Virus record (IMG/VR): IMGVR_UViG_3300024264_002174
Span: 1-54,011 of that record
Origin: a virus
Taxonomy: Duplodnaviria; Caudoviricetes
Strand: one strand, 5' to 3'
Length of the DNA: 54,011 nt
The stretch's first letter is position 1, and each line of letters starts with the position of its first letter. Below are positions 19,375 to 29,221 of this stretch, one piece after another. The position numbers were made by a program, and so were the translations under genes. The notes under the pieces were generated by a model. It was not told where the DNA came from and ran no database searches. It saw only the letters and a program-made list of their open reading frames with translations.

Positions 19375-19446
19375 AAATTTTATTAGTTATAACTAGTCTT
19401 ATATAAATATAAGAATAAAAAAAACTTTTACCAACTATAATAAAAT

Positions 19447-19473
19447 AAAAAACCCGACATAAAGCCGGGTCTT
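19447..19473 (-). terminator. Intrinsic terminator after the tail tube gene
   Basis: ACCCGGC-TTTAT-GTCGGGT followed by a T run on the coding strand. Confidence 0.75.
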
Positions 19474-19491
19474 AAATATATTTGGCATGTA

Positions 19492-19977
19492 TTAGTAGTT
19501 AAGTACGCAGTAATCCATATCTACTGTTATGGATAATTCTGCTACTTCAGAGTTACTCCAATCGAAGTCTCCTTGGGACATTGATGTTATAAATGCTCCT
19601 TTAATTACCCATTCAGAAACGATGTCTCCTACTGGGCCTAGTACGTTTAATGTTAGATCTTTCTTATAGAAGTCTGAATAACCAGCTCTACCGGTTACTG
19701 ATTCGTATGATAGACGAGCCCAGTCCATTACTTTTTGAGCTCCAGAAGGTGTAATTGGATCATATAATGTCATATCCATTGTACCCCATTCTCTTTTTCC
19801 ACGAATCTTTCTATAAGTGTTAATATGATCGAGTTTTATTGATTCATCCTCGAACGAGGGAGCAGAAACTTGCTTAATCATGAAAGATGGTATTGCATCG
19901 ATATACATGATAAATCTATTCTGTACCTTTGGTTCAAAGGCCTGAAACATTACTTCAGAAGGTGATAATACTGCCAT
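19492..19977 (-). CDS. Tail tube protein (T4 gp19-like)
   Basis: EPK..NRF, YKKD..L and W.IKGAF motifs; follows the sheath gene. Confidence 0.9.
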   Translation of the reverse strand: MAVLSPSEVMFQAFEPKVQNRFIMYIDAIPSFMIKQVSAPSFEDESIKLDHINTYRKIRGKREWGTMDMTLYDPITPSGAQKVMDWARLSYESVTGRAGYSDFYKKDLTLNVLGPVGDIVSEWVIKGAFITSMSQGDFDWSNSEVAELSITVDMDYCVLNY

Positions 19978-20014
19978 GTTTGTTTTATTTTAATATAAAT
20001 ATCTACTTTTTAAA

Positions 20015-21769
20015 TTAAGCCGTAAATGTTGCTCCAGTAGGCTCGATTGTAAAGTCAAGAACTATGAATTCAACTGTCTTAGCTGGTTGAATAAATATCT
20101 GACCGATCAATTGATTTCTGTCGATTACGTCGGCTGTATTGTTTGACTCGTCCATTACAATTCTAAAAGCGTAAAGTCCTTGTCTTTGTACTACTGATTC
20201 TAGGAACGGATTAACTTGTGATAAGAAATTGTTTCTAGTATTAATAGTATTTTGTTCAAATACTAAAGTTCTTGATACATCGTTCACAAACTTCTTAAGT
20301 TCTATTAAGAGACGTCTTACATTTACTCTATCAAGTGCTGATTTCTTTTTCTGTAAGGTCTTCTGACCGAATACTGAAATACCAGCTCCTGGGAATGTAG
20401 CAATTGGGTTAACATTTGCATTATATAGAGTATCTCTTTGAGTTCTAGTTAATTTTCTTTCTGCTTGAATTACGTCTGAAATTCCTCCTCTAGTTAAACC
20501 TGCTGGTGCAAACCATGGTGCTGCTGCATTGTCTGTGAATGCATATACTCCTGGGATTACTACTGATGCAGGAATCCATACATTTTTACCTGTAGAAGAT
20601 TGAGTCTGCAACCAAGGCCAGTAGGTTGCTGTAAATGAACTATTTACTGTACTAGCTGCTGCTGTTACGTTAGATACTGTAGCTCCGTACTGCTCAAGAT
20701 CTATTACTGCTATAGTGTCTCCTCTAGTTTCTGCTAAAGAGATAATTGAATCTAATTGTGTTTTATGTGTACCGAAGTCATATATAAGACCTGGTGCTGA
20801 TATAATATTGAAAGCATACTCGTCTTTATTACCTAGTAGAGAAATACTATCTACGTAGTTAGCTCCTACTAATCCCTGAGTATCTGTATTTGTAATATCA
20901 CCAAAGTATTTATCTCCAGCATTTCCATTAGTTCCTGTTGCTCCGTGGAATGAACCAGACTGTGCAACTGGAAGAGATCCTGAATAAGATATGTTACTGT
21001 TGTCACTACCTACTGTTAAACCATCAGTTCCAACATAATTTAATGTTTGGTTATTAACTGCTGATATTCTTACGAAGTTAGACTGGTTAACAAATTCTCC
21101 AGTAGTTTGGATATAAACGTTTCCGTCTCCGTCTGTAGTCTTAGATTTAGTTTGGTTACCTACAACTCTTTCTATATAGTTTCCTGAGTTAGGATCTAAA
21201 GATAAGTCGTTGAAAGTTTCTAGTATTACTTTATTTTTAGCGCTATCATCTCCTCTTCGTACTGTTAGAGTAAAAGTTCCTGTACCATTTTGTATGTTGG
21301 AAACTTCATATCTTAAGTTATCAGCTGATCCAGATTTAAGTGATCCATCACTATTTTCTGATCCAGCATCGCTTGCTCCAGTAGAGTTATTAAAGATTGC
21401 TCCTTTACCGATTGTCTCTAAAGTAAATGGATTATTAAGCGAACCTGTTGCTGCTGTAATATCGGTACTAGAAGCTACTGAGTAAGATCCAGAAGCTACT
21501 CTAGTAACTAATACTGATCCTCCTCCTTGATTGAAGTAAGATTTTACTGCAAGAGACGTTAGGTACTCTTGTTTTGTCGAACCAGATTCGAAAGTAACTC
21601 CGAATATACGTTGATATTGCCCGTATGAGGTAACCAGTGTTGGATCCTCAACTGGTCCTTTTACAGTAGGACCTAGGATAGCTGCACCAGCTTCTACGGC
21701 TGCTGGAGCGATAAAGGAAATATCATTTTCTCTGGTTAATACACCTGGGGAGATTAATGTTTCTGCCAT
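20015..21769 (-). CDS. Tail sheath protein (T4 gp18-like)
   Basis: SPGV..RE.D, PWFAPAG..RG, FGQKTL, DRVNVRRL, FEQN and I.IQPAK..EFI motifs. Confidence 0.96.
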   Translation of the reverse strand: MAETLISPGVLTRENDISFIAPAAVEAGAAILGPTVKGPVEDPTLVTSYGQYQRIFGVTFESGSTKQEYLTSLAVKSYFNQGGGSVLVTRVASGSYSVASSTDITAATGSLNNPFTLETIGKGAIFNNSTGASDAGSENSDGSLKSGSADNLRYEVSNIQNGTGTFTLTVRRGDDSAKNKVILETFNDLSLDPNSGNYIERVVGNQTKSKTTDGDGNVYIQTTGEFVNQSNFVRISAVNNQTLNYVGTDGLTVGSDNSNISYSGSLPVAQSGSFHGATGTNGNAGDKYFGDITNTDTQGLVGANYVDSISLLGNKDEYAFNIISAPGLIYDFGTHKTQLDSIISLAETRGDTIAVIDLEQYGATVSNVTAAASTVNSSFTATYWPWLQTQSSTGKNVWIPASVVIPGVYAFTDNAAAPWFAPAGLTRGGISDVIQAERKLTRTQRDTLYNANVNPIATFPGAGISVFGQKTLQKKKSALDRVNVRRLLIELKKFVNDVSRTLVFEQNTINTRNNFLSQVNPFLESVVQRQGLYAFRIVMDESNNTADVIDRNQLIGQIFIQPAKTVEFIVLDFTIEPTGATFTA

Positions 21770-21880
21770 GTTCTGTCAATTAGATTATTTTGTACATTAA
21801 TAAATATCTTGATATATACGAAACCTATAAAGGTGAGTGTACGTATTCCTATATAAATAGGTAAAAGAACTGGAGAAGTG

Positions 21881-22132
21881 CTATATAGGTTTAAAAACTC
21901 CCGATACTATGTCTACTGTGCCTCTACCGTACTTTTTTTCTAGACCTTTTGCAACTTCTAATTCTCTTGTTTTAAGCTTAAAATAATAATCTTCTGCTCT
22001 TTCTTTTCTTCCTTCGAGCTCTAATTCACTAATGCTAATCTTACCAAGTTCTTCGGTAATCATTCTACTGCTTTTATCTATACCTTTAAGTATTCCTATT
22101 TCTTCTTCAGAAAGTTTTAGTTCTCTATCCAT
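21881..22132 (-). CDS. Small coiled-coil hypothetical protein
   Basis: Heptad-like charged sequence ending KYG.GTVD...G.F. Confidence 0.65.
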   Translation of the reverse strand: MDRELKLSEEEIGILKGIDKSSRMITEELGKISISELELEGRKERAEDYYFKLKTRELEVAKGLEKKYGRGTVDIVSGVFKPI

Positions 22133-23347
22133 TTATATAACGTTTTTATTAATATAAGGTTTAAAAATATTACTCAACTCAGGAAAAGTCTTTTGAAACT
22201 CTTCTTTTCTATTTACATCTAAAAAATCATTAACTTTGAAAAACTTATCAAAAGATTCAATAGGAGCTGAATTTTTATTCATAAATTCTACTGTTGTATA
22301 CACTTGATCTTTAACTTCTTGTAAATCTATTGACTCTGCATAGCTCATTAATTTTTCAGTTATCTTACCTTTAAAATTATTAGGTATACATTTAACTGAG
22401 TAGTAAAGCGGCCAGCTAACTTGATTAAAGAATAGTGGCATGTTAGGAAAAGTTAAAGTAAAAAAGTCACTTACCTCTCCTAAATCTAGTATATTAAGAA
22501 CTGATACTGTAACGCATATGTCTAACCTGTAGTTAAGTTTATCTTTAGTAGCATCATTCCACTTATTCATATTTTTGAGTACTTCTACCCAGTTACCATG
22601 GTATCTTATGTAATTAAACTTATCTTCTATTCCATCTATACTAAAGCTAATAGTAGTATGTTTAAACTGGTCTAATATTTTTACGTATTCTTCACTAAAG
22701 ATAGAACCGTTAGTATTAAAATGAAGTCTTATATTTTTACTATATCCTAGTTCAATTAGCTCTTTGAGAAACTCCCATTGTTTCTTTACTAAGAAAGGTT
22801 CACCACCGTACATATCTATGGTTTCCAATGTTGGAGCTACTTCATAAACTGATTCCCAGAATAGACTGTCATCTTCATAACTCTTGTACATTTTCTTAAC
22901 ATACGAATTATACTCTTTATCAGTTTTGTCGTTGAATCTAAGTTTTTTATCTTCTTTATACCATTTTATGCTTGCTTCTATTCCGCACATACGGCATGCA
23001 AAGTTACAAGTATTACCTAAATTAAGTTCTAAGAATCTTACAGTATTAATTAATTTTTTTTCTCCAAAATTTCTAGTATCTCTTATTCTTTTACTTTCAA
23101 TACCTGCATCTTCTTCTTTCCAACATCTTGTACATTCAACTGGTCTTTCTCCTTTATTAAACTGTTTTCTTAAATCAGATAAAGTTTTATTTTTAAATAC
23201 GTCCGGTAGTGTGGTAGAATTAACGTTTACTTTTTTACCTTCTTCGTCTTTGTAATCTATATTAGGATCAAAGTAACAGCAAGGTTGAGTAGTACCGTAG
23301 TTAGTTACTCTAAGACCACTTTCAATATGTACACATCTTATACTCAT
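22133..23347 (-). CDS. Radical SAM protein with N-terminal SPASM/twitch-like domain (CC type)
   Basis: CNFACRMC, GGEPF, NTNG and SIDG; N-terminal C...PCC...CTRC. Confidence 0.9.
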   Translation of the reverse strand: MSIRCVHIESGLRVTNYGTTQPCCYFDPNIDYKDEEGKKVNVNSTTLPDVFKNKTLSDLRKQFNKGERPVECTRCWKEEDAGIESKRIRDTRNFGEKKLINTVRFLELNLGNTCNFACRMCGIEASIKWYKEDKKLRFNDKTDKEYNSYVKKMYKSYEDDSLFWESVYEVAPTLETIDMYGGEPFLVKKQWEFLKELIELGYSKNIRLHFNTNGSIFSEEYVKILDQFKHTTISFSIDGIEDKFNYIRYHGNWVEVLKNMNKWNDATKDKLNYRLDICVTVSVLNILDLGEVSDFFTLTFPNMPLFFNQVSWPLYYSVKCIPNNFKGKITEKLMSYAESIDLQEVKDQVYTTVEFMNKNSAPIESFDKFFKVNDFLDVNRKEEFQKTFPELSNIFKPYINKNVI

Positions 23348-24603
23348 ATTAATTTACCTTTTAATGCATTAAATAACTCAGGAAAATGATCGTTCATTTT
23401 CTCTCTTCTTAATTTATCTACAGCATTAGTAACTTTGAAAAATTTAGATATTTCATTATTATAAGGAGAGTTATAGTACCTGCCGTAAAAATCATGATAT
23501 AGTTCACTACTTAATTTACCTTTAATACTATCTATTTTTTGCTGTCTTATATTCTGTGGTATAACAGTAGCATTCTGGTATGCAGGAGCATGTACGTGAT
23601 TAGGTATGATTCTTGGTATTTGACCAGTACCGTCTAATTTATATAGCCCTTCTTTTACTAAGTATTGAGATAATTCTTCGCAATATAGGAAATTGTAAGC
23701 ACTTATAGTCTGAGTAATAGTATAATTAAAGTCAAATCTCTGTATAAATTTTTTAATATTGTCTATAGTTAACTTAAAATTACTCAGTTTTCTAATATAT
23801 GCATTTCTTTCCCATATATCGTCTAAGCTAAAACTTATATATACGTTATGAAAATTTTCTAATTTCTCTAAAACAGGTATAAGTTTTTCGAAATTGTAAT
23901 TACCGTTAGTTATGTAAAAAATATCTATACCTTTAGCAAGGTCATCTTCTACTAATCTTTCTAATAAGTAAAAATGCTTCTGTACTAAGAAAGGTTCTCC
24001 TCCACTTATGTGTAATTGACGTATATTAGGACTATTAGATATTAACTTATCATAAAATTGTTGGTCTTCCACCCAATCGTAGTTAGACCACTTACTATTT
24101 TTCACCTTATCAAAATTACTAGGTAGAGGTACCTTATCTTTTAATTTATAGTAATCATCTATCCATGAAGTAGATGACTCTGCATTACAGGAACGGCATT
24201 TTAAATTACAAAAGTTACCTAATCTTAATTCTATATTAGATAAGTCTACATCTATACTACCATCTGGTTTTGTTATTTCATCAAAGTCTACATCGAATAC
24301 TGAATCTCTAACTCGTTTTGATCTACCTCCTGATTCTTCTACTTCCCAACAGGTCTTACATGCTAGAGGTTTTTTTCCTTCAAGCATCTCTTTTCTAATA
24401 GTCTTATAACTATCAGAATTAATTATATCTTCCAGAGGGTCCGTAGCTACATTATGTATTCTAAACTCAGCATCTACTCCAGTAGTAGCTTGTGATCCAA
24501 TATAGTTATGATCAGATACACAGCATATAGAGCAGTTACCGTGGGGGTGTACACTTAAATGCTTCCATGGTAAATCACATATAAATCTTTCTTCTTTCAG
24601 CAT
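23344..24603 (-). CDS. Radical SAM protein with N-terminal SPASM/twitch-like domain (CC type)
   Basis: CNLKCRSC and GGEPF; N-terminal CDLPW...ICC...CKTC. Confidence 0.9.
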   Translation of the reverse strand: MLKEERFICDLPWKHLSVHPHGNCSICCVSDHNYIGSQATTGVDAEFRIHNVATDPLEDIINSDSYKTIRKEMLEGKKPLACKTCWEVEESGGRSKRVRDSVFDVDFDEITKPDGSIDVDLSNIELRLGNFCNLKCRSCNAESSTSWIDDYYKLKDKVPLPSNFDKVKNSKWSNYDWVEDQQFYDKLISNSPNIRQLHISGGEPFLVQKHFYLLERLVEDDLAKGIDIFYITNGNYNFEKLIPVLEKLENFHNVYISFSLDDIWERNAYIRKLSNFKLTIDNIKKFIQRFDFNYTITQTISAYNFLYCEELSQYLVKEGLYKLDGTGQIPRIIPNHVHAPAYQNATVIPQNIRQQKIDSIKGKLSSELYHDFYGRYYNSPYNNEISKFFKVTNAVDKLRREKMNDHFPELFNALKGKLI

Positions 24604-25880
24604 TAAAGTTTACTTTTTCCTATACTGTTATACCATTCAGTATAATAGGGATATATTTCTAAAAAATTCTCATTACGACCTTTATCTATTTTATCCGTCA
24701 TAGATTTTAATTGAGCATATATTTTGTTAACATTATCTTCTGGGCTTTCATCCATAAACTTAAATATACTGTCATATTTTATTTTTAATTCTTCTTGCTC
24801 TCTTCCTTCAAATTTTTCTAAATGTTTACTATATAGGTATTTTACTTTATCTTTTAATTCAGTAGGTAGTATATTAATATTGTAATATAAAGGATTAGTT
24901 AAAATATTATTTAATTGAATATGAAATACATCTAATCCTAATTCTACCATTCTGTCAATAAATGTAGGTATATGGAATACGTTCATTATACTGGTAGTAC
25001 AACTAACGTGAAAGTTTAAACCTTCATCTATACATTTCTTTATATTAGCCTCTACTACAGGCCACTTTGTACCTTTTCTTTTATATTCAGCTACTTCGTT
25101 TATACCATCTATTGAAGCAAATATTGCCACATTATCATTATTTACTTTTCTAAAAGGTTCCCATATTTTTAGATTATCCCATTTTTTAAATTTTAAGTAA
25201 CCTAAATTTGTATTATACCTTATTCTAACGTCAGTATGACCAATCTCGATAAGCTTTTCCATAATATAATAATGCTCATCCATTATAAGAGGTTCTCCTC
25301 CGGCAAAATAAATTTCCTCTACGTCTTCTATAAACTTGTTAAGGTAGTATTGAATATCTTTTTTACTGTAATCATTTACATTTATTATAGCTTTAGGTAA
25401 ATTAGAACCCCCAAATATCTTTATTTCGTCTTCAAACCATTTAGAACTTAAATAAGAACCGCACATCCTACATTTAAAGTTACAGAGGTTAGAAAATCTA
25501 AAGTCCCAATAAAGAAGTTCAAACTTTTCATTAGTTCCGTCTGGTTTGGTATGCTCTATTATATTAGGTATATGATGTTTGTAATGTCTATTAGTAGAAG
25601 TTCTAGTACTATCTAATCCGTTCCTTTCCTGCTGGTAGCATTTTCTACAATTGTCATGCTTCTTACCTAATAGCATATCTTTGCGGATGTCTTTCATTCT
25701 AGCAACATTCCATAGTTCTTCTAGAGTGTTATCCTTCATATTACCTAACTCTTCTCTATAGTCAGTTAAACAGCAAGGATATACATTACCGTTAGGCCAA
25801 GTATTAAGGTGAATCCAAGGAAGGATACAGAATGTAGGGCTAATTTGATCCCCTGGAGCTAGTAGTTTAGTTTCTGACAT
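24603..25880 (-). CDS. Radical SAM protein with N-terminal SPASM/twitch-like domain (CC type)
   Basis: CNFKCRMC and GGEPL; N-terminal CILPW...G.VYPCC...LGN...LEELWN...CRKC. Confidence 0.92.
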   Translation of the reverse strand: MSETKLLAPGDQISPTFCILPWIHLNTWPNGNVYPCCLTDYREELGNMKDNTLEELWNVARMKDIRKDMLLGKKHDNCRKCYQQERNGLDSTRTSTNRHYKHHIPNIIEHTKPDGTNEKFELLYWDFRFSNLCNFKCRMCGSYLSSKWFEDEIKIFGGSNLPKAIINVNDYSKKDIQYYLNKFIEDVEEIYFAGGEPLIMDEHYYIMEKLIEIGHTDVRIRYNTNLGYLKFKKWDNLKIWEPFRKVNNDNVAIFASIDGINEVAEYKRKGTKWPVVEANIKKCIDEGLNFHVSCTTSIMNVFHIPTFIDRMVELGLDVFHIQLNNILTNPLYYNINILPTELKDKVKYLYSKHLEKFEGREQEELKIKYDSIFKFMDESPEDNVNKIYAQLKSMTDKIDKGRNENFLEIYPYYTEWYNSIGKSKL

Positions 25881-25881
25881 A

Positions 25882-27219
25882 TTATATATTTTGGAACCAA
25901 TCGTTAAATTGAACTGGCATAAATTGTTTTATAGGTTTTTCTCTACGTCTAGCGTATTGAACTGTAAAGTTTTTAAAGTCGTTAGCTTTATTTTTATAAC
26001 TATCTTCGTCTTCATAAGCTTTATCTACATTTCTAAGGTATACTAATAACCTATTGTAATGATTGATTTCCCATTCGTGCATCCAATCTTTAGATGGAAT
26101 TAATACCTTTTCTATTTTATAGGCTAGATCATTTTTAATTTCCTTTGGTAATATATTCATACTTTGAAAAGAAGGAAATCTTAAAATATTAACTGACATA
26201 TAAAGCATTTCTTTAGTGCCTGCTTGTTTTCTCCAACTAATAATCTTTTCTAGAAATTTATCTGTAGTCCAGACACTTAGTGCACTTAGAGTCATCATGA
26301 TATGTACTGCTCTTATCTGAGGAGCTGCCAATAGTTTAGTAATATTTCTCTCCCATATATCCCAATCAAAACCATCTCTAACAAATTCTTGATTTCTGCC
26401 AAAAGATTCTGCACTAGTGTAAATATCGAATGCTTTGAATTTTTTTGCTGATTCTATTAATGTATCCAGCCTATCTTCTGGCATTATGAGATTACTATTG
26501 ACTGCAAAATCAAATGTATCATTATCACACATTTCTAATAGTTTCCAAAAAGAAGGTGATCTAGCAGGTTCTCCTCCTGATACTCTAAGTTCTTGTAATC
26601 CTCCTCTAATTGAAGGAAACCATTCAAAAAACTTCTTAATAAATTCGTTACCTTCGTTTTTATGTCCAAAAGGCATTGCATGAGAACCATTATTAGCAAA
26701 AGTATGACCTCCTTTAGTTTCCATTCCTTTATAAGGACCATTCTTATTGATATCTTGAGCCCAAGTAGAGCTAAACTCAGCATTACAGTAGCTACAAGCT
26801 AGGTTACAAAGGTTATCAAAAGCAAGTTCTACTGTCTTAGGAATAACATTATGATCCCAAGGTTTATCTTTTATCTTTACTATCTCATCAGTAGTGTACC
26901 TATGTGATTGATATACCCTATCACTGTAAACATCTTTTTTGCCTTTAGCTGCATCTTCTACTCTCCAACAGTACCCACATTCTTTAGGTCTATCACCTTC
27001 AAGCATTTCTTTACGAGCAGTTTTCTTAAACTCTGTATTGTGAAGGGCAGATGGATTGTTTTGCAGTTCCATTCTAGGTATATGGTGGGCTAGAGGATGA
27101 TGGCATGATGCTGTTCGCCCATTACCTAACCATATCGACACATTATACCACTTAGCAGCACAAAAGGAAGGTGAAATTGAATCTATTAGCTTTTTAGTTT
27201 CTTCTAAGCTTCTTGACAT
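25882..27219 (-). CDS. Radical SAM protein (CHH type)
   Basis: CNLACSYC and GGEP; N-terminal FCAAKW...SCHHP...CGYCW. Confidence 0.9.
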   Translation of the reverse strand: MSRSLEETKKLIDSISPSFCAAKWYNVSIWLGNGRTASCHHPLAHHIPRMELQNNPSALHNTEFKKTARKEMLEGDRPKECGYCWRVEDAAKGKKDVYSDRVYQSHRYTTDEIVKIKDKPWDHNVIPKTVELAFDNLCNLACSYCNAEFSSTWAQDINKNGPYKGMETKGGHTFANNGSHAMPFGHKNEGNEFIKKFFEWFPSIRGGLQELRVSGGEPARSPSFWKLLEMCDNDTFDFAVNSNLIMPEDRLDTLIESAKKFKAFDIYTSAESFGRNQEFVRDGFDWDIWERNITKLLAAPQIRAVHIMMTLSALSVWTTDKFLEKIISWRKQAGTKEMLYMSVNILRFPSFQSMNILPKEIKNDLAYKIEKVLIPSKDWMHEWEINHYNRLLVYLRNVDKAYEDEDSYKNKANDFKNFTVQYARRREKPIKQFMPVQFNDWFQNI

Positions 27220-28574
27220 AACTTGTAAAATTGTTTAAGATCAGGAAAAGCAGCATCAAATGATGTTCCTCTTCTCTTATCGTATTCTTGAGTAAAATTA
27301 AAAAAATCTTTACGGTTAATATTTAATTTACTATCTTCATCCGTATTATTATACATATGATCTACTAGCCTATTTAGCTGGTCGATTTGGGTTGCTGTTA
27401 GGCATTCATCTTTATCTAAACCTGAATCGTAATGACGTTCTTTAATTAATATGTCAACAGATTCTTTAAACCTATCTTTCGATTTTATATCTAAGTTAGT
27501 TATAGCTAAGAATTCAGGATAACGTAAGTAGTTTGTCATAAACTGTACCTTGTCAAAATTTACGGTTTTATTATGTACCTTCCTTAATGATAAAAGATAT
27601 CTTATAAAGTCACAGTACGTACCTACGCTAGTTAAATTAACTGTTGTCATATTGGCTACTAAAACGTTATTAGTCTCATTTAATATTCTTTCAAAATTCT
27701 TTTGCCATTTTTTATAGTTAGTACCAAATCGTATATATTCATTAGCTAGTCCTGTTGCTTCCCCGCTAGAAAAGACTTGTATTTCTTTTACCTTACCGTC
27801 TAGTTCGTTTAACTTGTAAATTAGCTTATCTATTAATGCATCTGGTACTAATAAATTAGTATTAACACAGAAGACTAGTTTAGGATTAGGATTTTCTATA
27901 ACTTTATCTATAACTTTCCAAACATCTTTAGAGAGTAAAGGTTCTCCTCCTGTAAGTCTCAAGGTATGTAACTTAGGAGCAAGTTCCGGCCACCATTTCC
28001 AGAAAGCTTCTACATAGGGATTATCTTCACTATATTTGTATGGCATTTTATCTTGAGACTTAAACCAATCTAAATTGTTAAAATTAGTAGAAGTAGGATA
28101 TCCACCATGCTGCTCTATCTCTTGCATCCAGGAAGTAGATATATCAGGTGAACAGTAAGCACATTTTAACTGACAAGCACTACTAAAGCTAATCTCAAGA
28201 TAGCTAGGCTCTATATCAGCTGATTTTCGTTGAACTATTTCTTCTAGTTTAACTGTAGACATTTCATGAGCTGATTTGTATACTCTATCGCTTATATAGT
28301 CCTTCCCTAAGTCCTCTATTTTCCAGCAGTACTCACATTCAGAAGGTCTTTCTCCTCTAAGCATTTTTCTCATTTGAGACTTCTTATGCTTTGTATTGTG
28401 AAGAGCTTTAGGGTTTTCTAGTACTTCTTCTAAAGGTATTTTATGAGGTGTAGGATGGTGACAAGAATGATTATAACCTGTATGTAAGTATAAAGTTAAC
28501 TGTGCCCATTTAGCTATACAGAAGCTAGGGCTTATTTCATTTAACTTTTCTCTTATAGAATAAAATTCTTGCAT
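27204..28574 (-). CDS. Radical SAM protein (CHH type)
   Basis: CQLKCAYC and GGEPLL; N-terminal FCIAKW...SCHHP...CEYCW. Confidence 0.9.
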   Translation of the reverse strand: MQEFYSIREKLNEISPSFCIAKWAQLTLYLHTGYNHSCHHPTPHKIPLEEVLENPKALHNTKHKKSQMRKMLRGERPSECEYCWKIEDLGKDYISDRVYKSAHEMSTVKLEEIVQRKSADIEPSYLEISFSSACQLKCAYCSPDISTSWMQEIEQHGGYPTSTNFNNLDWFKSQDKMPYKYSEDNPYVEAFWKWWPELAPKLHTLRLTGGEPLLSKDVWKVIDKVIENPNPKLVFCVNTNLLVPDALIDKLIYKLNELDGKVKEIQVFSSGEATGLANEYIRFGTNYKKWQKNFERILNETNNVLVANMTTVNLTSVGTYCDFIRYLLSLRKVHNKTVNFDKVQFMTNYLRYPEFLAITNLDIKSKDRFKESVDILIKERHYDSGLDKDECLTATQIDQLNRLVDHMYNNTDEDSKLNINRKDFFNFTQEYDKRRGTSFDAAFPDLKQFYKLCQEA

Positions 28575-29221
28575 TATAATATTTTTCCTATCAAATTATA
28601 ATTGTTTGTATAATCCCAAACTTGATAATCAGTTCTATTTACAAAATCATATACTCCAGTAGAATTATATTCAAGCAACTCTTCTGTTGTATATGGTTTG
28701 ATACTTAAAAATTCTTTAGTTACAAAAAACTGCTTAAGTTCTATTTCACTATAATTAAGATTAAACCCATTATGAGGAAAATTACCTGAGCCTAGTATAA
28801 TATGAGATTCATCTGATTTTAATAACTCTTCATTTTCATCAAATTGAACTTCAATTATTACTTTTCCGTCTATGCTTAAGTCTAAAAAGTTTTTTTGTTT
28901 ACTATACCTTATATAGAATCTATGAAAATCCTTATCTAAACTATAATCCGAAAATTCGTAGTATGCTTTTTCTTCTCCGTTATTAACTGTCTTTATTATA
29001 AATAAAACATTATTATTTTCTTTCTCTATATCTAGACCTAAATAATTAGGTAATCTTGAAAAAATAGTTCGTTTATCTGAGCCTTCTGATAGAAGTTTAA
29101 ATTCTATGCCTAGAGTAAAGTCGTTGTCTCCTTGAAGAGAATTATTTATATCTTCTTTACAGAGCCCGTGACTATATTTTTTAGGCCATACTATCCAAGG
29201 TTCACCTTTATTTATTATCAT
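28574..29221 (-). CDS. Concanavalin A-like / LamG-like beta-sandwich protein
   Basis: DFTL, L.IDG, IILGSG and YDF...VWD pattern, similar to the inserts in the two GT7 genes. Confidence 0.55.
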   Translation of the reverse strand: MIINKGEPWIVWPKKYSHGLCKEDINNSLQGDNDFTLGIEFKLLSEGSDKRTIFSRLPNYLGLDIEKENNNVLFIIKTVNNGEEKAYYEFSDYSLDKDFHRFYIRYSKQKNFLDLSIDGKVIIEVQFDENEELLKSDESHIILGSGNFPHNGFNLNYSEIELKQFFVTKEFLSIKPYTTEELLEYNSTGVYDFVNRTDYQVWDYTNNYNLIGKIL

